NCBI RefSeq assembly: GCF_006345805.1
Contig: NC_043002.1
Coordinates: 25,172,001 to 25,236,000 of the forward strand
Length of the DNA stretch: 64,000 nt
Source of the DNA: Octopus sinensis
Lineage: Eukaryota
Direction of reading: 5' to 3'
A model generated the notes under the pieces. That model had not been told where the DNA came from, searched no databases, and was given only the letters and a program-made list of their open reading frames with translations. The position numbers and the translations under genes are program-made. Position 1 is the first letter of the stretch, and each line of letters begins with the position of its first letter. Shown piece by piece: positions 12,121-24,452 of this stretch.

Positions 12121-14855
12121 TACTGTTTGTATGTTTGCGTGTGTGTTATACTGAACTGTTGGTTGTTCATCAAGCCCATATCAATTCTGATTGCACTGAC
12201 CAAAGATATTCCAGCTGGTCTTTTTTAAAGCCATATCTGGGACTACAATATCTACTATGTCATGTAACTCTCCTCTTTTCCTTTTCAAGACAGTAAAATT
12301 TGGTTTTAAAGAGGTGGACCCTGCTATTTCTAACAAGTTGAGTGACTGCGTGCATGTTACATATGTTTGAACAAACATATTGATGTGGAAAGCGAAAAAT
12401 GGGTTTTTATTATTAATATATTTAATGGTGAACTACTATGACCACCATCGACACCACCACTACTACCATCACTGCTTTTAAATCCTCACTTTGTTTACAT
12501 GTTTTGCTACAAAGACTTCCATCTTCTCACCACCTTTCTTTTCTGTTTTTTTGTTTTTCCTATCTCCCCTCTCCTTTCTCTCTTTCTCTTCCCATCCCAT
12601 ACTTCTCATTATTGAATATGTCATCATTTAATTTATTATGATCAATAATTGTGTGTGTATACGTGTGACAAGCAGTTGCCATGTCGGCTGTGTGGCCAAG
12701 CTGTCTGTTAACCAATTTCCTTGACCCGGTTTCATGAGAATCACTTCGGCTTATGATGTTAAATAATCTTTGAGACAGACACGAAAACCATATCTTATTT
12801 CCTTAATGTTTTTAAATCTGATCTGACATTTCTTGTCCTCACTCTCTGTCTGTGTATTAAAGATGCACAGTGCTATTTACAAAGGGATTAATGTCAACAT
12901 TCTAATAGGTAGAGAAATAATGGGTAACAGATTGTAGAGAGCTAAAATGGAGAAGGGTCAGGGACAAGGCGAGGTTTCTTTTAAATAATACCAGAATTGT
13001 TTTTGCTTTATGCTTTAAATGAACAGAGTAGTAGTATCATTCTTAAGCACATTGGTTCCATTGATGTGATAGTATAAGATAAGTGGTGTACGGAGAGATA
13101 TTAGTTACATCCACATACCTGCTGAAGCCATGCCACTATTAAAAAATCTTAGTCGTTTGACACACTGTTTCTCTGTCTCTTTATCTCTCGCAATAACATA
13201 TAACGCTTTTATTCTAGATCTTTATTAATAGCTGAAAAATTTTAAATTGCTGTCTATTTAAGGAAGTCATTTTTATTACTTCTCCTCCTTCTACAAAAGG
13301 ACAATCATTATAAATGCAGAATTTTCATCATACCTACAGTTACCGAATTACCAACATTTATGTTTGTCTTTTTTTCTTTTTTTTATTTTATACTGATTTT
13401 CTTTCATGCCAGAAAGGCTTAGGTTGGTTTTACAAATTTATCAGTTTGCATGAATTATTCAAACAACTGCTTCTTTCTGTGGCTAATTCACTGCTACTGT
13501 GAATTGGGGTGGAGGCAATGGTATGTATTCTTTCACTGAGTTGTTTGAAGCAAGAAATGTAAAAAAAAGTTTCTAATACAGCCTTTGCTCATATCATCTA
13601 CATCTGATGCCCTGCTTCTCTCTCTCGCTCTCTATAATGGCCTCTGCTCCTCAGACTGTCTGAGCTCATTCTGTCTCCACTCAAGGCATTCCTGAACCCG
13701 TCATTCCCCTCTACTCATCACTCTGTATACCCCACCACCACCACTACAAAGCCACACTCTAATCTTTTCTCCCTTCCCAGAACATTGGTCTTTTGGAATT
13801 CTTACCAAGCTCATGTTCATCTCACTGGTATTAAGTTACAAAGGTTAAAAAAGAAAATATCAATATCATCTCCTTAGTCTAGGAGGGACTGTGAAGGCAA
13901 TGTATATTGCTCCTTCCTCCAGACCCAGCAAAAAGACCAAAAAATATCATTAATCTTGGTTTCTGTTTTTCCCAAGAGAGATTAACCCACTTGAGACTTG
14001 CCATATTAAAATGTTTGCATTTCAACTGAAATTTCATCATTACATGAATACATTCGTCTTTTAGTTGTGTTTGAAGCACCAGCTTAACATAGCCATAAGT
14101 AAATAATGGTATAGCTGCTTTACGAAAGCAGGCAATTTTTTAAATTAGTTTGACAGTTAATTGAAACTAATTACTTTGATAGTTAATTGAAATACATGTA
14201 GTTTGTGTGTTGTTAAAAATATGGTCTTAGAAGGGTATTCACTTTCATTATCATTTCTTCTATCAATAAATCATCTCTTGGCTTTGTGCCTTTGCAGTCA
14301 TGTGGAATAAGTGATCCCTTTGTTGGAAAATAGGTTGGGATTGATGACAGGAAGGGCATCTAGCAGTAAACCAGTACCTCAGTAATAGACTTGTTTTACC
14401 ATTTGTTTAGACAATATTTTAAGAGGAGAGAAATATTTTGACAATGTATTAAAATTCAAAAAATCAGTTGTGACCAATGAAAACTCCTTTTATTATACAA
14501 GTTAGAAAAATTTTGTAAAGTCAGTAGTAATGTGAGTGGTCGTGACAGTCATGAGAGACATCATTAAGTCAAGGGTTATGGATAAAATTTTGTTGTGGAA
14601 GAAAAATGATTAGCTAATAATGTACATATGTGGGTGTTGGAATGTACAGTGATTGTTTGCATTGAATAAAGTGAGTGCATAATGAGAGAGAAAGAATTGC
14701 AGCAACAGGTTGTGAATTATGGCACTCAAATTGAATGATTAGTGTTTATAGAATCTAGGGTGCTGGTGTATAAAGAAGGTTTAACCCAATAAGTGCAGAG
14801 CTTTTCAATAGTTAACCAAAAGTTGGGATAATTGCAGCAGATGACATAAAGAATT

Positions 14856-15004
14856 TGATGGCATTCCCTACACTTTCCCAGTATTGAAAGCTGTAGTTTT
14901 ATTCCATTATACAGTAACAATTTAATTTCTTCACCTTTGTTCCCAATGGTGACAGTGGAGTCACAGTATCTTCAACAGTTAAAATTTTGCAGGTTAATAT
15001 ATAT
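14856..15004 (+). ncRNA. Box H/ACA snoRNA, diverged paralog of 16458-16611
   Basis: Aligns end to end with the 16458 copy; H box ACAGTA 14911-14916; terminal box is ATA; small deletion in hairpin 2 and pocket substitutions. Confidence 0.65.
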
Positions 15005-15492
15005 TTCTGAATTGTATCATTTCATTTTATTGACTTCACTTTTTAAAGGTATTATCTAACTCACCCTCTCTAGTCTTGTACAGCTTGCATTTAAAACTCT
15101 TAAAACTTCCACTATGTCTGATCTTTCCTGGTGACCACAACAGCTAAAACTATCTCTCACTTCATGGCCATGAATACTTTAACCCTGATTAATTGCTGGC
15201 TACACTCATAGAATACTGTATCTTTGTCTTTCAAGCCTGTACTGCATATCTGAGACACTGCTGCTGCTACTTCTACTACACACACATCCTAGACAGCTGG
15301 ACCATTACCTTATTGACAAAAGAAAATGCATTTCCCAATACCTTCAGACCTCTGACCCACAAACATACTCTCTTTCCCCTCTTTGTGTCTTCAGTTGCTA
15401 TGTCAGTAGCATCTACTTTCTTAAACTTATCAGCAGCTTACCTTTTCACCAAGGCCTACCAAACAAACATCTCTCTTCCTTTTTATCACCCA

Positions 15493-15719
15493 TTAACCCT
15501 TTAGTATTTAAACCGGCCATATCCGGCCAAAATAGTTAATCTGTTTTATGTTCAAACTGACCAGATCCAGGCTCTTGCACCTACCCTACAATGTTATTCT
15601 ACATTAAGCAATTACACCATCGAGATCTTGGAGATATGAGATAATGCATGATTAATTCAAATCAATGGGAATCAATAAGCATTACGTTTGATAGAATAAT
15701 CTGAACACTAAAGGGTTAA
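15493..15719. mobile_element. piggyBac-type MITE (TTAA target site, CCC...GGG termini)
   Basis: TTAA|ccctttagt ... actaaaggg|TTAA; related copies at 24453-24680 and (inverted) 35452-35681. Confidence 0.8.
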
Positions 15720-16457
15720 TGTTTCAACCCCCAGGCTCCACATTCACCACTTCGCTTGTGTCCCCCACCCTTCCTCAGACTTTCAGTACTCTGGAATGCC
15801 CCCTCTCCAATCAATTCTTTTTTTCTTCAGATGTTCAATCTGTGCATTAAGCATATTGATCTAACCAGTCTTGGATTGCCTTCAAAGGTCAGGAGTAAAC
15901 CATTTAAATTAACAGTCATATCAATGAAACAAATACTTTTTCTTCTAGTTTCTGTTTTTTACCTTAAATTATCAGTTCACTTCTATTGTACCATCACTTC
16001 TGAGTGACTCTTTATCCATATCTCCCTCCTTTTCAAGTCACCATTGAGTAACCCATGACCCAAGAGTTCATCTCTGCCAATGCCAAAATTCATCAATCCA
16101 TCTTTGACTTTAATCTCTTTGAAAAGGTTTGTTCCATCAAAGTTGACCTGGGGTTAAACAACAATAACCTCTTTGAATTCATTGAAGTCCACCATTATCA
16201 TCCCAACCCTGGTTTTGTTGTGTTTCATTCTTTTTCAGCTCTACTTTGAAGTCTTAGAACCATTAATACTTATAGCCACAGACATGGAATACTGCCACTG
16301 CTTCTTCCAAATCCACATTCTTCTTTGCCAAAATCCTCTCTTCACCTTTTACTCCTTATCTATTGTACCATCACTTTAGCTATCACCTCTTTCTATTAAT
16401 ATTCCATCCCACTATACCAACATTGTACAACTAATCATTATTTCTGCACTGTTAATT

Positions 16458-16611
16458 CGATGGCGTTCCCTACACTTTCCCAGTATTGAAAGCTGTAGTT
16501 TTAGTCCATCGTACAGTAACAAATTTAACTTCTTCACCTTTAACTGTCCTCAATGGTGACAGTGGGGTCACATTGCCTTCCACAGTTAAAGTTTTGCAGG
16601 TTAATACATAT
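16458..16611 (+). ncRNA. Box H/ACA snoRNA (intact copy) in UBE2Z intron 1
   Basis: Hairpin 1 cgatgg/ccatcg, ctaca/tgtag, ctttc/gaaag; H box ACAGTA 16513-16518; hairpin 2 ttaact/ggttaa, ctttaactgt/acagttaaag, caat-gtgac/gtcacattg; ACA 16606-16608; pocket CGTTCCC + TTAGT complementary to 28S ACUAA-UA-GGGAACG. Confidence 0.85.
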
Positions 16612-17013
16612 GTCTGTTTCAGTATGTTTTGACTGAAGAACCTGATTAGCTGGGGGTAACTATTTCTCAGCTAGGCTGACTGGGGTTAGAAATGTGAACT
16701 GTCACATGTAATCAATAATTAATTTAATATTTGTACTTATTCTTTATTGTTTCTTCTGCTAAACATGAGGGGAAATCCTAAAGAAAATACTTTCCCTATG
16801 GGTCCTTATGGTTCAGAAATAGATTAACGAGCTGTCAAAAGTTTCATTCCCAGCTATGGGTTAACTTAACCTGTAAAATACTGGGCTCAGTTGTCAATTT
16901 TAGAACTCTTCTGCATCAAGAAAATAAAGCCCTTGATCATCATCAATAAAAATTAATATTTGTGCAGTTTCATATAATAATAATAATGGATTTAATGTGT
17001 TTTATCTTTGCAG

Positions 17014-17086
17014 AGATATTATGACAATATATAATGAACCACCTCCAGGAATGTGTATAGTTCCAGACAAAGAAGATATTACAGAA
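17014..17086 (+). CDS. UBE2Z: UBE2Z exon 2
   Basis: ttgcag|A GAT ATT ATG...; (R)DIMTIYNEPPPGMCIVPDKEDITE; donor gtaagt. Confidence 0.95.
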
Positions 17087-17340
17087 GTAAGTGTCACTTC
17101 ATATTACATAGCTTTTGTTGTGGGTTTCCATTTGTCAAGAGCTGTGCAGCAATTGTTCCACCTCTCTGCACTCTTGAGCTCATATCCAGTTGAGGTCAAT
17201 TTTGCCTTTCTGAGTCGTTTAAAAAAAAAGTTTCTGTCCAGAGTAGTGAATTGAGTATAATTGTTAGAGAGTCAGACATTTGCTTTGTAATATCTGTTTT
17301 GGCTCAAGTTCAAATTCCATCCGATCACTGAAAAATATGC

Positions 17341-17562
17341 TTAACCCCTTCGTTACTGTATTTATTATGAGATGCTCTGTGTTTCTTTTAGTTACTTTAA
17401 ATGTAACAAAGAATTTAGTAAAATAACTTAGTTATCATTCAGCTAGTGTTAGGAACATAAATTGTGACTAAGGTTTGGTGGAAGATTTTAATTCAAAACT
17501 TTTGTAAACAAGACATTTGTACTCAGAGCCAGTTTCAGCCAGGTTGGTAACGAAAGTGTTAA
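17341..17562. mobile_element. Second TTAA-flanked piggyBac-type MITE family
   Basis: TTAA|ccccttcgttac ... gtaacgaaagtg|TTAA. Confidence 0.7.
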
Positions 17563-17719
17563 GTCAAGAATTATGACCAACGTATAGTAATATGAAAAAT
17601 CAATGGAAATACGGTTCTCTTGGTTCAATCAAAAGAGCAACAGTCACTACACTACCATTTCTTTGTAAAATTAGTTCTACATTGTTCTTACCATTCTCTG
17701 TTTCTGCTTGCTTCCACAG

Positions 17720-17907
17720 ATTCATGCATTAATTACTGGACCTTTTGATACGCCTTATGAAGGAGGTTTCTTCTACTTTCTAATTCGGTGTCCCCCAGAT
17801 TACCCCATCAGACCTCCACGAGTAAAACTAATGACTACTGGTGATGGTCGAGTCCGTTTTAACCCTAACCTTTACAGAAGTGGCAAGGTGTGTTTAAGTA
17901 TCATAGG
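17720..17907 (+). CDS. UBE2Z: UBE2Z exon 3 (UBC core, catalytic Cys at 17891-17893)
   Basis: [63 protein letters not shown]; NPN motif typical of UBE2Z; acceptor ccacag, donor gtaagt. Confidence 0.97.
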
Positions 17908-18614
17908 GTAAGTAAAGCTTTTTATTTTTTGAATACTTACAACACCAAACAGATTTCACTAACTTCCTTTACCTCATATCTCATGTCAATAAAATAATTA
18001 TGATAAATACACTCTCAGCAGACTTGTAGGAAGAGATGCCAGCAGACTTGTGCATAGTATTCTGTCACAAAACATTTTTTGATCAAACTGGAATGTCACA
18101 ACTAATGTCCGTACTTTGTATCCTATCACCTATTATTTGCTTTGTCCTTTGCCAATGCACTCATCTTTTTACTGAATCTAACTGTGAACAGATACCATGA
18201 GGAAGTACAGTTTAATAGATTTTATTAACCTGCTAAACGATGATGATGATGATGATGCATTATTGAACTCATCTTGCTTTGAGCAAAATTGGAAGATTAT
18301 CATTCTAAACTTACTTCACTTGAGCCCTTTACTCTCTTTGGAGCATTGGCCATCAATGACTTTCCTCCACTGTTCTCAATTCTGGGCTGTTTTTTTCTTC
18401 TCTCCAATTAGATCCCTGCTTTTTCAACTCTACCCCAGTATCCAGCTACTTTTAGGGGTCTTCTTAAGGCTATAATATTTTTTATTATTATGGATGAATT
18501 AAAGCAGTTTTATTATACTAAAATGGAAAGGCATTAAACTATATTGTTTTAATTTTGTAGAAAACTCCTGTTTTAATGAAATTGTGTTTAACTACTAAAC
18601 CACATGGGTTTTAC

Positions 18615-19516
18615 CTCATGTCTCACTATTTGCCGACGATGTCAAACTGGTCGCTCCTCGCGGTGATATAGAGGATCTTCGTCGATGCCTCCACCAAATT
18701 TGGAGGTGGTCTAACAAATGGGACCTGTGTCTGAACGTGTCAAAGTGCTGTCATCTGCCTGTTGGTTCTCCTCCTGCGACTCAACTTGATTTCGAGCCGG
18801 GTCGTCTGCTGCTGGAGAGGACCGATCAGGTAAAGGACCTGGATATCTTGGTGGATTCCTCCTTTTCGCCTTCGGCCCAGTGCGTCCATACTGCCAACAA
18901 AGCACACGGAATTCTGTTCTTGATTCGACGGTCATTCGGAATGCTCACAGCAGCCATATTCCTACCACTCTATGTCACGCTGGTGAGACCCATATTGGAA
19001 TACGGGATTCAAGCTTCTTCTCCTTATCTCCTCAAAGACATACAGCATCTCGAAAGAGTCCAGAAGCTGGCTACCCACATGGTTCATGGTCTCAAAAATT
19101 TGTCCTACGAAGAAAAGCTGAGGACGCTTGACCTTTATTCTCTAGAAAAACGCCGCGCCGTGGTGATTTCATTCTCGCCCACAACATCATAAGCGGAAAG
19201 TGTAACCTCTTGAAAGAGCTGTTCTTCATTCCTGCTCCAGAGCATCGGCTGCGGGGTCATTCCGAAAAGCTCTACCTGCGACGATTTCATCTCAATCGAA
19301 GAGAGGAGCTTTCTCCGTCCGGGTTGCGGATCCGTGGAACAAGCTGCCAGACGAGATGGTGAAGTTGCCAACGACCGCTTTGTTCAAAGCCTCCCTTGAC
19401 CTCAAGTGGCCTGAACTCTTTACATGAACACCACCCTGTACTTAACTCCATGTCCCCCTACATGGCCTTGCTATTTGCTTTTGAGCCAAATTAACTAACT
19501 AACTAACTAATTAACT
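18615..19516 (+). mobile_element. CR1-clade LINE, 5'-truncated, in UBE2Z intron 3
   Basis: Starts near the RT motif SLFADDVKL; frameshift near 19155; (TAAC)n tail; same young family as 2296-3142. Confidence 0.92.
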
Positions 19517-19678
19517 ATTTCAGGTTGATATTTTTATAGATGAAAACTCTTATTTTGTAAGTTGTGTAATTCCAAAGAAAAGTTTCCCTCCTCTACCCCA
19601 CTCCCACCCAACCATTATCCTTTACTCTTTTTATATAAAAAATTAAAATTATACCCTGCCATTTCTGCTTATTTATAG

Positions 19679-19790
19679 GACCTGGAGTGGCCCATCCTGG
19701 AGTCCTGCTCAGTCTCTTTCCAGCATTCTGATATCCATCCAGTCTTTAATGAACGACAAACCATATCACAATGAGCCGGGTTTTGAGCAG
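19679..19790 (+). CDS. UBE2Z: UBE2Z exon 4
   Basis: (G)[37 protein letters not shown]; acceptor ttatag, donor gtacgt; translated by hand, not in ORF track. Confidence 0.96.
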
Positions 19791-20049
19791 GTACGTATGA
19801 ATGTGTGTAAATGATACCTTGTTATAATTCTTCTCTCAAAACACCTGGAACATCTCAGCTTTAAAATATTCCTTAATGCACGTTATGTTACTTCTTAGCT
19901 ATCTCTCTGTTGCTTTCATTGCCATCATCATCATTTAACGTCTGTTTTCCATGCTGACATGGATTAGACAGTTTGACCAGAACTGGTGAGCCAGAGAGTT
20001 GCAGCCGGCTCCAGTCATCTATTTTGGCTTGGTTTCTACAACTGGATGC

Positions 20050-20170
20050 TCTTCCTGATGGCAACCACTTTACAGAGAGTACTGAGTGTCTTTTACATGT
20101 CATTAGCACATCTTCCTGATGGCAACCACTTTACAGAGAGTACTGAGTGTCTTTTACATGTCATTAGCAC
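20050..20170. repeat. 61-bp tandem duplication inside an RTE 3'UTR fragment
   Basis: tcttcctgatggcaaccactttacagagagtactgagtgtcttttacatgtcattagcaca x2. Confidence 0.9.
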
Positions 20171-21019
20171 AGGTGCCTTTTACATATCACCCAAGGAAAT
20201 TAAAAACAAAATATTTTCCATTTTATTTACTTTTTACTTGAATTTTTATATCCATTTTTCCATGCTAGCATGGGTTAGATGAGTACATTATTGAGTCAGT
20301 GTTTTTATAGCTTGATGCCTTTTCTGTCACTAACTCTTATCTTTTTTTAACAATAAATGAACATTTATTCCACTCATTTTTGAAGGTACTTACATATAAT
20401 TCATTTTGTAATTAAAATTCCAATATTTCATAATATATGTATTTTAACACATACTGTATAAAAACGAATAGTGCTAAAGGTAGTGTCAGATAAAAAACCT
20501 CTTTCCTGTCAATAAAATATGTCATAAATATTACTGCTTAAATGTTATTTCAGTTATTATCAAACTATATTATACTTATTTACTAAAGCATTGTATTTCT
20601 TGTAAGTGAGCAGCAGAAATTCATCATGTCACAAAATATTATTACTGACAGGGAAAATGTTTATGGCTGATAATGTACCACAAAAATAGGCCATGGAATT
20701 TCGGTTTAAAAACGCTAATTCTAATTCTGATCAAATGTACCGTGAGTCTTTCTAACCTTCATAGTTCAATAATGTTATACCACTATAATTTCCTCTCCCC
20801 AATGTGTTTCCTTTACCTTTGTAGCAGTTTACAATGCTGTTACTATGCCAGTCATTGGGCATGACACCTTCCTCTAATTTTGGTGAGTAGCCTGTATCCT
20901 ACCTCACCAGACATTTAATATCTTTCTTTAGAACCATATTTTTGGGGTCATAATGTTTGTTTTAATAAAATTTTGTTAATCTCTTAAGAGTTGCCTAATC
21001 TTTCTGTTACAGTGCGTCT

Positions 21020-21162
21020 TTCATTAGGCTGTGCTTAGCTTTTCACATTAAGGCTTCTCGTTGCAGCTGTACCTAGTTCTTTTCATTAAGGCTGTGCCTA
21101 ACCCCTCTTGTTAAAGCTGTACCTAGCTCCTCTCATTAAGGCTATGTCCAGCCCTTCTCATT
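21020..21162. repeat. Degenerate minisatellite
   Basis: Repeated tcattaaggctgt-cctagc units. Confidence 0.6.
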
Positions 21163-21330
21163 TGACCCTGATATGAACAACAAACTGAATCCTGTTTTGT
21201 TGTTTAATATTTGTGTTGCTCTGTTTGTCTGGTGTAGCACTGTGACCTCTAATCATGTTATTTCTCCATATCTTTAGGTTTTAGAGACGATACACTTCCA
21301 GTGAATTGTTTCTATTTTTCTGTAAAACAG

Positions 21331-21443
21331 GAGCGTAATGTTGGTGATGCTAAACGGTATAATGATGTGATACAGCACGAGTCTCTACGGGTTGCAGTTT
21401 GTGATATGTTGGAAGAACGATGTACCTGTCCTCAAGCACTTCG
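21331..21443 (+). CDS. UBE2Z: UBE2Z exon 5
   Basis: [37 protein letters not shown](R); acceptor aaacag, donor gtattg. Confidence 0.93.
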
Positions 21444-23902
21444 GTATTGTTGCTGTTGTTATTATTATTGCTATTTTCCCAAACACTTCTTTTACAGTGT
21501 GTGTATGCTGTATTATTATTATCATTAACAGTAGTAGCTGAAAGGAAGAGCTATATTGATAAAGTATCAGTCAAAATGCTTTCTGCCCTTTACATCCTGA
21601 GTTCGAATCCTACTGAAGATGGCTGCTTTTGTCCTTCCAGGATCAATAAAATATAATACCAGTCAAGTACTGGGGTTGATATAACTGACTATTCCATCTC
21701 TCCTCTCAATTTCTGGGCTTGTGCCCATCTAGAAAATCATCATCACTATGATTATTATTTTGGGGAGTGGAGTGGATTGGTAGAATCATCAGAGCATCAG
21801 AAAAAATGCTTTGTAGTATTTGTTCTGAGTTCAAATCCTGTTCTAGTCAACTTTACCTTTCATCTTCTTAGAATTGATGATATATAGTACCAATTAGGTA
21901 CTAGGATCAATGATATTGACTAATCTCCTCCACCAAAATTTCAGGCTTTTTGCCTATGTTACGGAGTCAAAGTCCATTTATAACAAGTTTTGATTTTTGG
22001 TTGTAGTGATTTCACTTACAACTCTAAATATCATCAATGTTTTTCATGCTGTAGTGGCTTACATGACTCTGCTATACAGCATAACATGACCTGTTTCATT
22101 CTTTTGTCGTCTCATTTGTGAAACACAACATCCTGAGATCTGACTTCACATGTTCCTTTATATTTCCTATTAAACAGCTTTTTGTAATGTAGCCCTCATT
22201 GTCCATTCACAACATATGTCCATAGTAGAGTAGTCATTTCTCTTGCACTTATCTTTAATTGCAGCTGCTGTCAATATGGAAAGCAGAACATTGCCAGAGT
22301 CATGAATGTTGGTTATAATGCCTCATATTTGTTCTGACTCTCTGCACTAAGGTTAGGATCTCTTATGAGCCCTGGAATTTAACCAGGTTTCCATGTGGTA
22401 TAAGTAATTCAAACTACAATACTCCTTCCTGAATAGGATGTCAGTCCATCGCAGGTTTAACTTCCAGCTGTTGCTGGGACTTTTTTTACAGCTAAGTGGA
22501 CTGGGGCAAGCAACATGAAGTATAGTGTTTTGGTCAAGAACACAATGCACTGCCTAGTGCAGGAATCGAAACTACAATCTTACAATAGTGACTGCAACAC
22601 TTTAACCACTGGGTCACTAGCCCTCACCCATCAAGGTTAGCTTTACCTTTGATATTTTAGGGATCAATAAAAAGAAAATACCAATCTTGGTCAATGAATT
22701 AATGGAACTGTTAAAAAGTTTGGTAATGATGGTGTTTTGTGGTATTGATCCCAGTTCTTTGCATTCTGACCTGGTGCCAAATTATATTGGCTTAAAGTCA
22801 GCAACCTTTTCTTTGGATAAATATGGGTGGTAGGTAGAGATGAGATTTGTATGCATAGGCTACTGTTAGTCTTTCTCAAAAACTCTTACCCTAACCTGCA
22901 CATATATGTACAGATGCATGATCAGCATTGACCGACAGAAACCTTAGACAGTCAGTATGGTAGTAATATATTAGCACTGACTAAATTTGATTTTAAGGTA
23001 AATATTAGACTTATATAATGTTAACCTACATGAAAGATAGAACTTTTTGCTTGTTAATGACATTGGTCAATAAAGCAGAGATAAGTGGTGGTGATGGTGG
23101 TGGTGTAAATAGTGGTTGAAAAAGAGCCTTCCTTGTATGCCAAGACGGAAAGATCATGTTGGATAGAAAAATACACGGAGAGAAATGAAGTGAGGTCTCA
23201 GGATGCTGGTCATTACAGTCGTGCAGCCACATAATTTAGAAGGATTAAAGATGTCAGCATTAAAAAATCTCACATAAAGAAGTATAAGATACCAAAACAG
23301 TATGTTGGCAGAATCATGAGAGCATCAGATATAATTCACACACTGTTTTTGTTTCAAATCTTGGCAGAACAATTATAGTGTTGGATGAGAGGCTTGCTGT
23401 ATCTGTTCCATCACTTGGTATTGTTACAACACTGGTGCCAAGCTGTATCAGATCCAAAGTAGCAGCCTTTTTCTTGGACAGCATTGGTAATGTAGAGAGG
23501 GAAGACTTTCATGCATAGGTTGGCTGCCAGTCACCATTGCCATTATCCAATGTCTTTTCTTCCATGCTGGCATGGATCAAACAGCTTGGCATGAGTAGAC
23601 AAGCCAGAGGATTGTGCCAGGCTCCAATGTCTGCTTGGCATGGTTTCTACAATCGGATGCCCTTTATAACACCAACCACATCACAGAATGTACCAGTTCC
23701 TTTTTTTCATGGTACCAATCCAGTTTTCAACAAAAATCTTGTGCAGATACATGGCCACTTTGACCAGCAGGGGCTTGATATGAGATATCAATGACTTAGT
23801 TTGGTTTGTATTGAGGACAGATGGGTTCTAATGTGGGTGATATTCATTAAGTGACTATTTTTTTTACCTCAACTAATTCATGATTTACTTTCTTGTCTTT
23901 AG

Positions 23903-23993
23903 AGAAGTGATGGAAAAGTCCTTCCCCACGTATTATGATTATTATGAATCTGTATGTAAAGCCAACCTCATGAAGCAGGGGCAGACAATGTTG
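23903..23993 (+). CDS. UBE2Z: UBE2Z exon 6
   Basis: EVMEKSFPTYYDYYESVCKANLMKQGQTML; acceptor ctttag, donor gtaagt. Confidence 0.95.
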
Positions 23994-24452
23994 GTAAGTA
24001 CTGCTGTTTTTACTGACATCAACCTGCAGATCATGCAGTCTCCTGTCTTTACTGCAACACCAGCCAGTCTAGGTTCATGATGACAATTAAAACAATGGAC
24101 GTTGAAATAAAGCAGAGCATGAAGGAAGCAATGCTATTTAAGTACAGATACATTGGTCAATTAAACCAACAGTAACCTTGATGGTGTTGGGTTAAGTTCT
24201 ATTGAAACATTACAATAGTGTGAAGTAAGCTAATCAAGCATTACAGAATATGGGTTCCCTTATACTTCACTGCAGGATATGATTTAAGAGTGATTTAGTT
24301 GCCATTTCTAACACATCCTACGGTCACAATAGACACTTTCTCATTACCTCACATGTGCTTTGTTGTTTTTGTTATATTTAACCTCAAGTGAATCCTGGCT
24401 TAAGCAGATCTTTGACCAAAGATGTTCAAGCTGTGACAATCCCAGAATCTCT

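Noticed and set aside
13055-13130. C/D snoRNA candidate (TTGATGT...CTGA)
   Set aside because: Poor C box and no antisense element I could match to rRNA
14040-14142. snRNA-like hairpins followed by an Sm-like AATTTTTT
   Set aside because: No recognisable snRNA sequence and no downstream stem; only a 7-bp hairpin is solid
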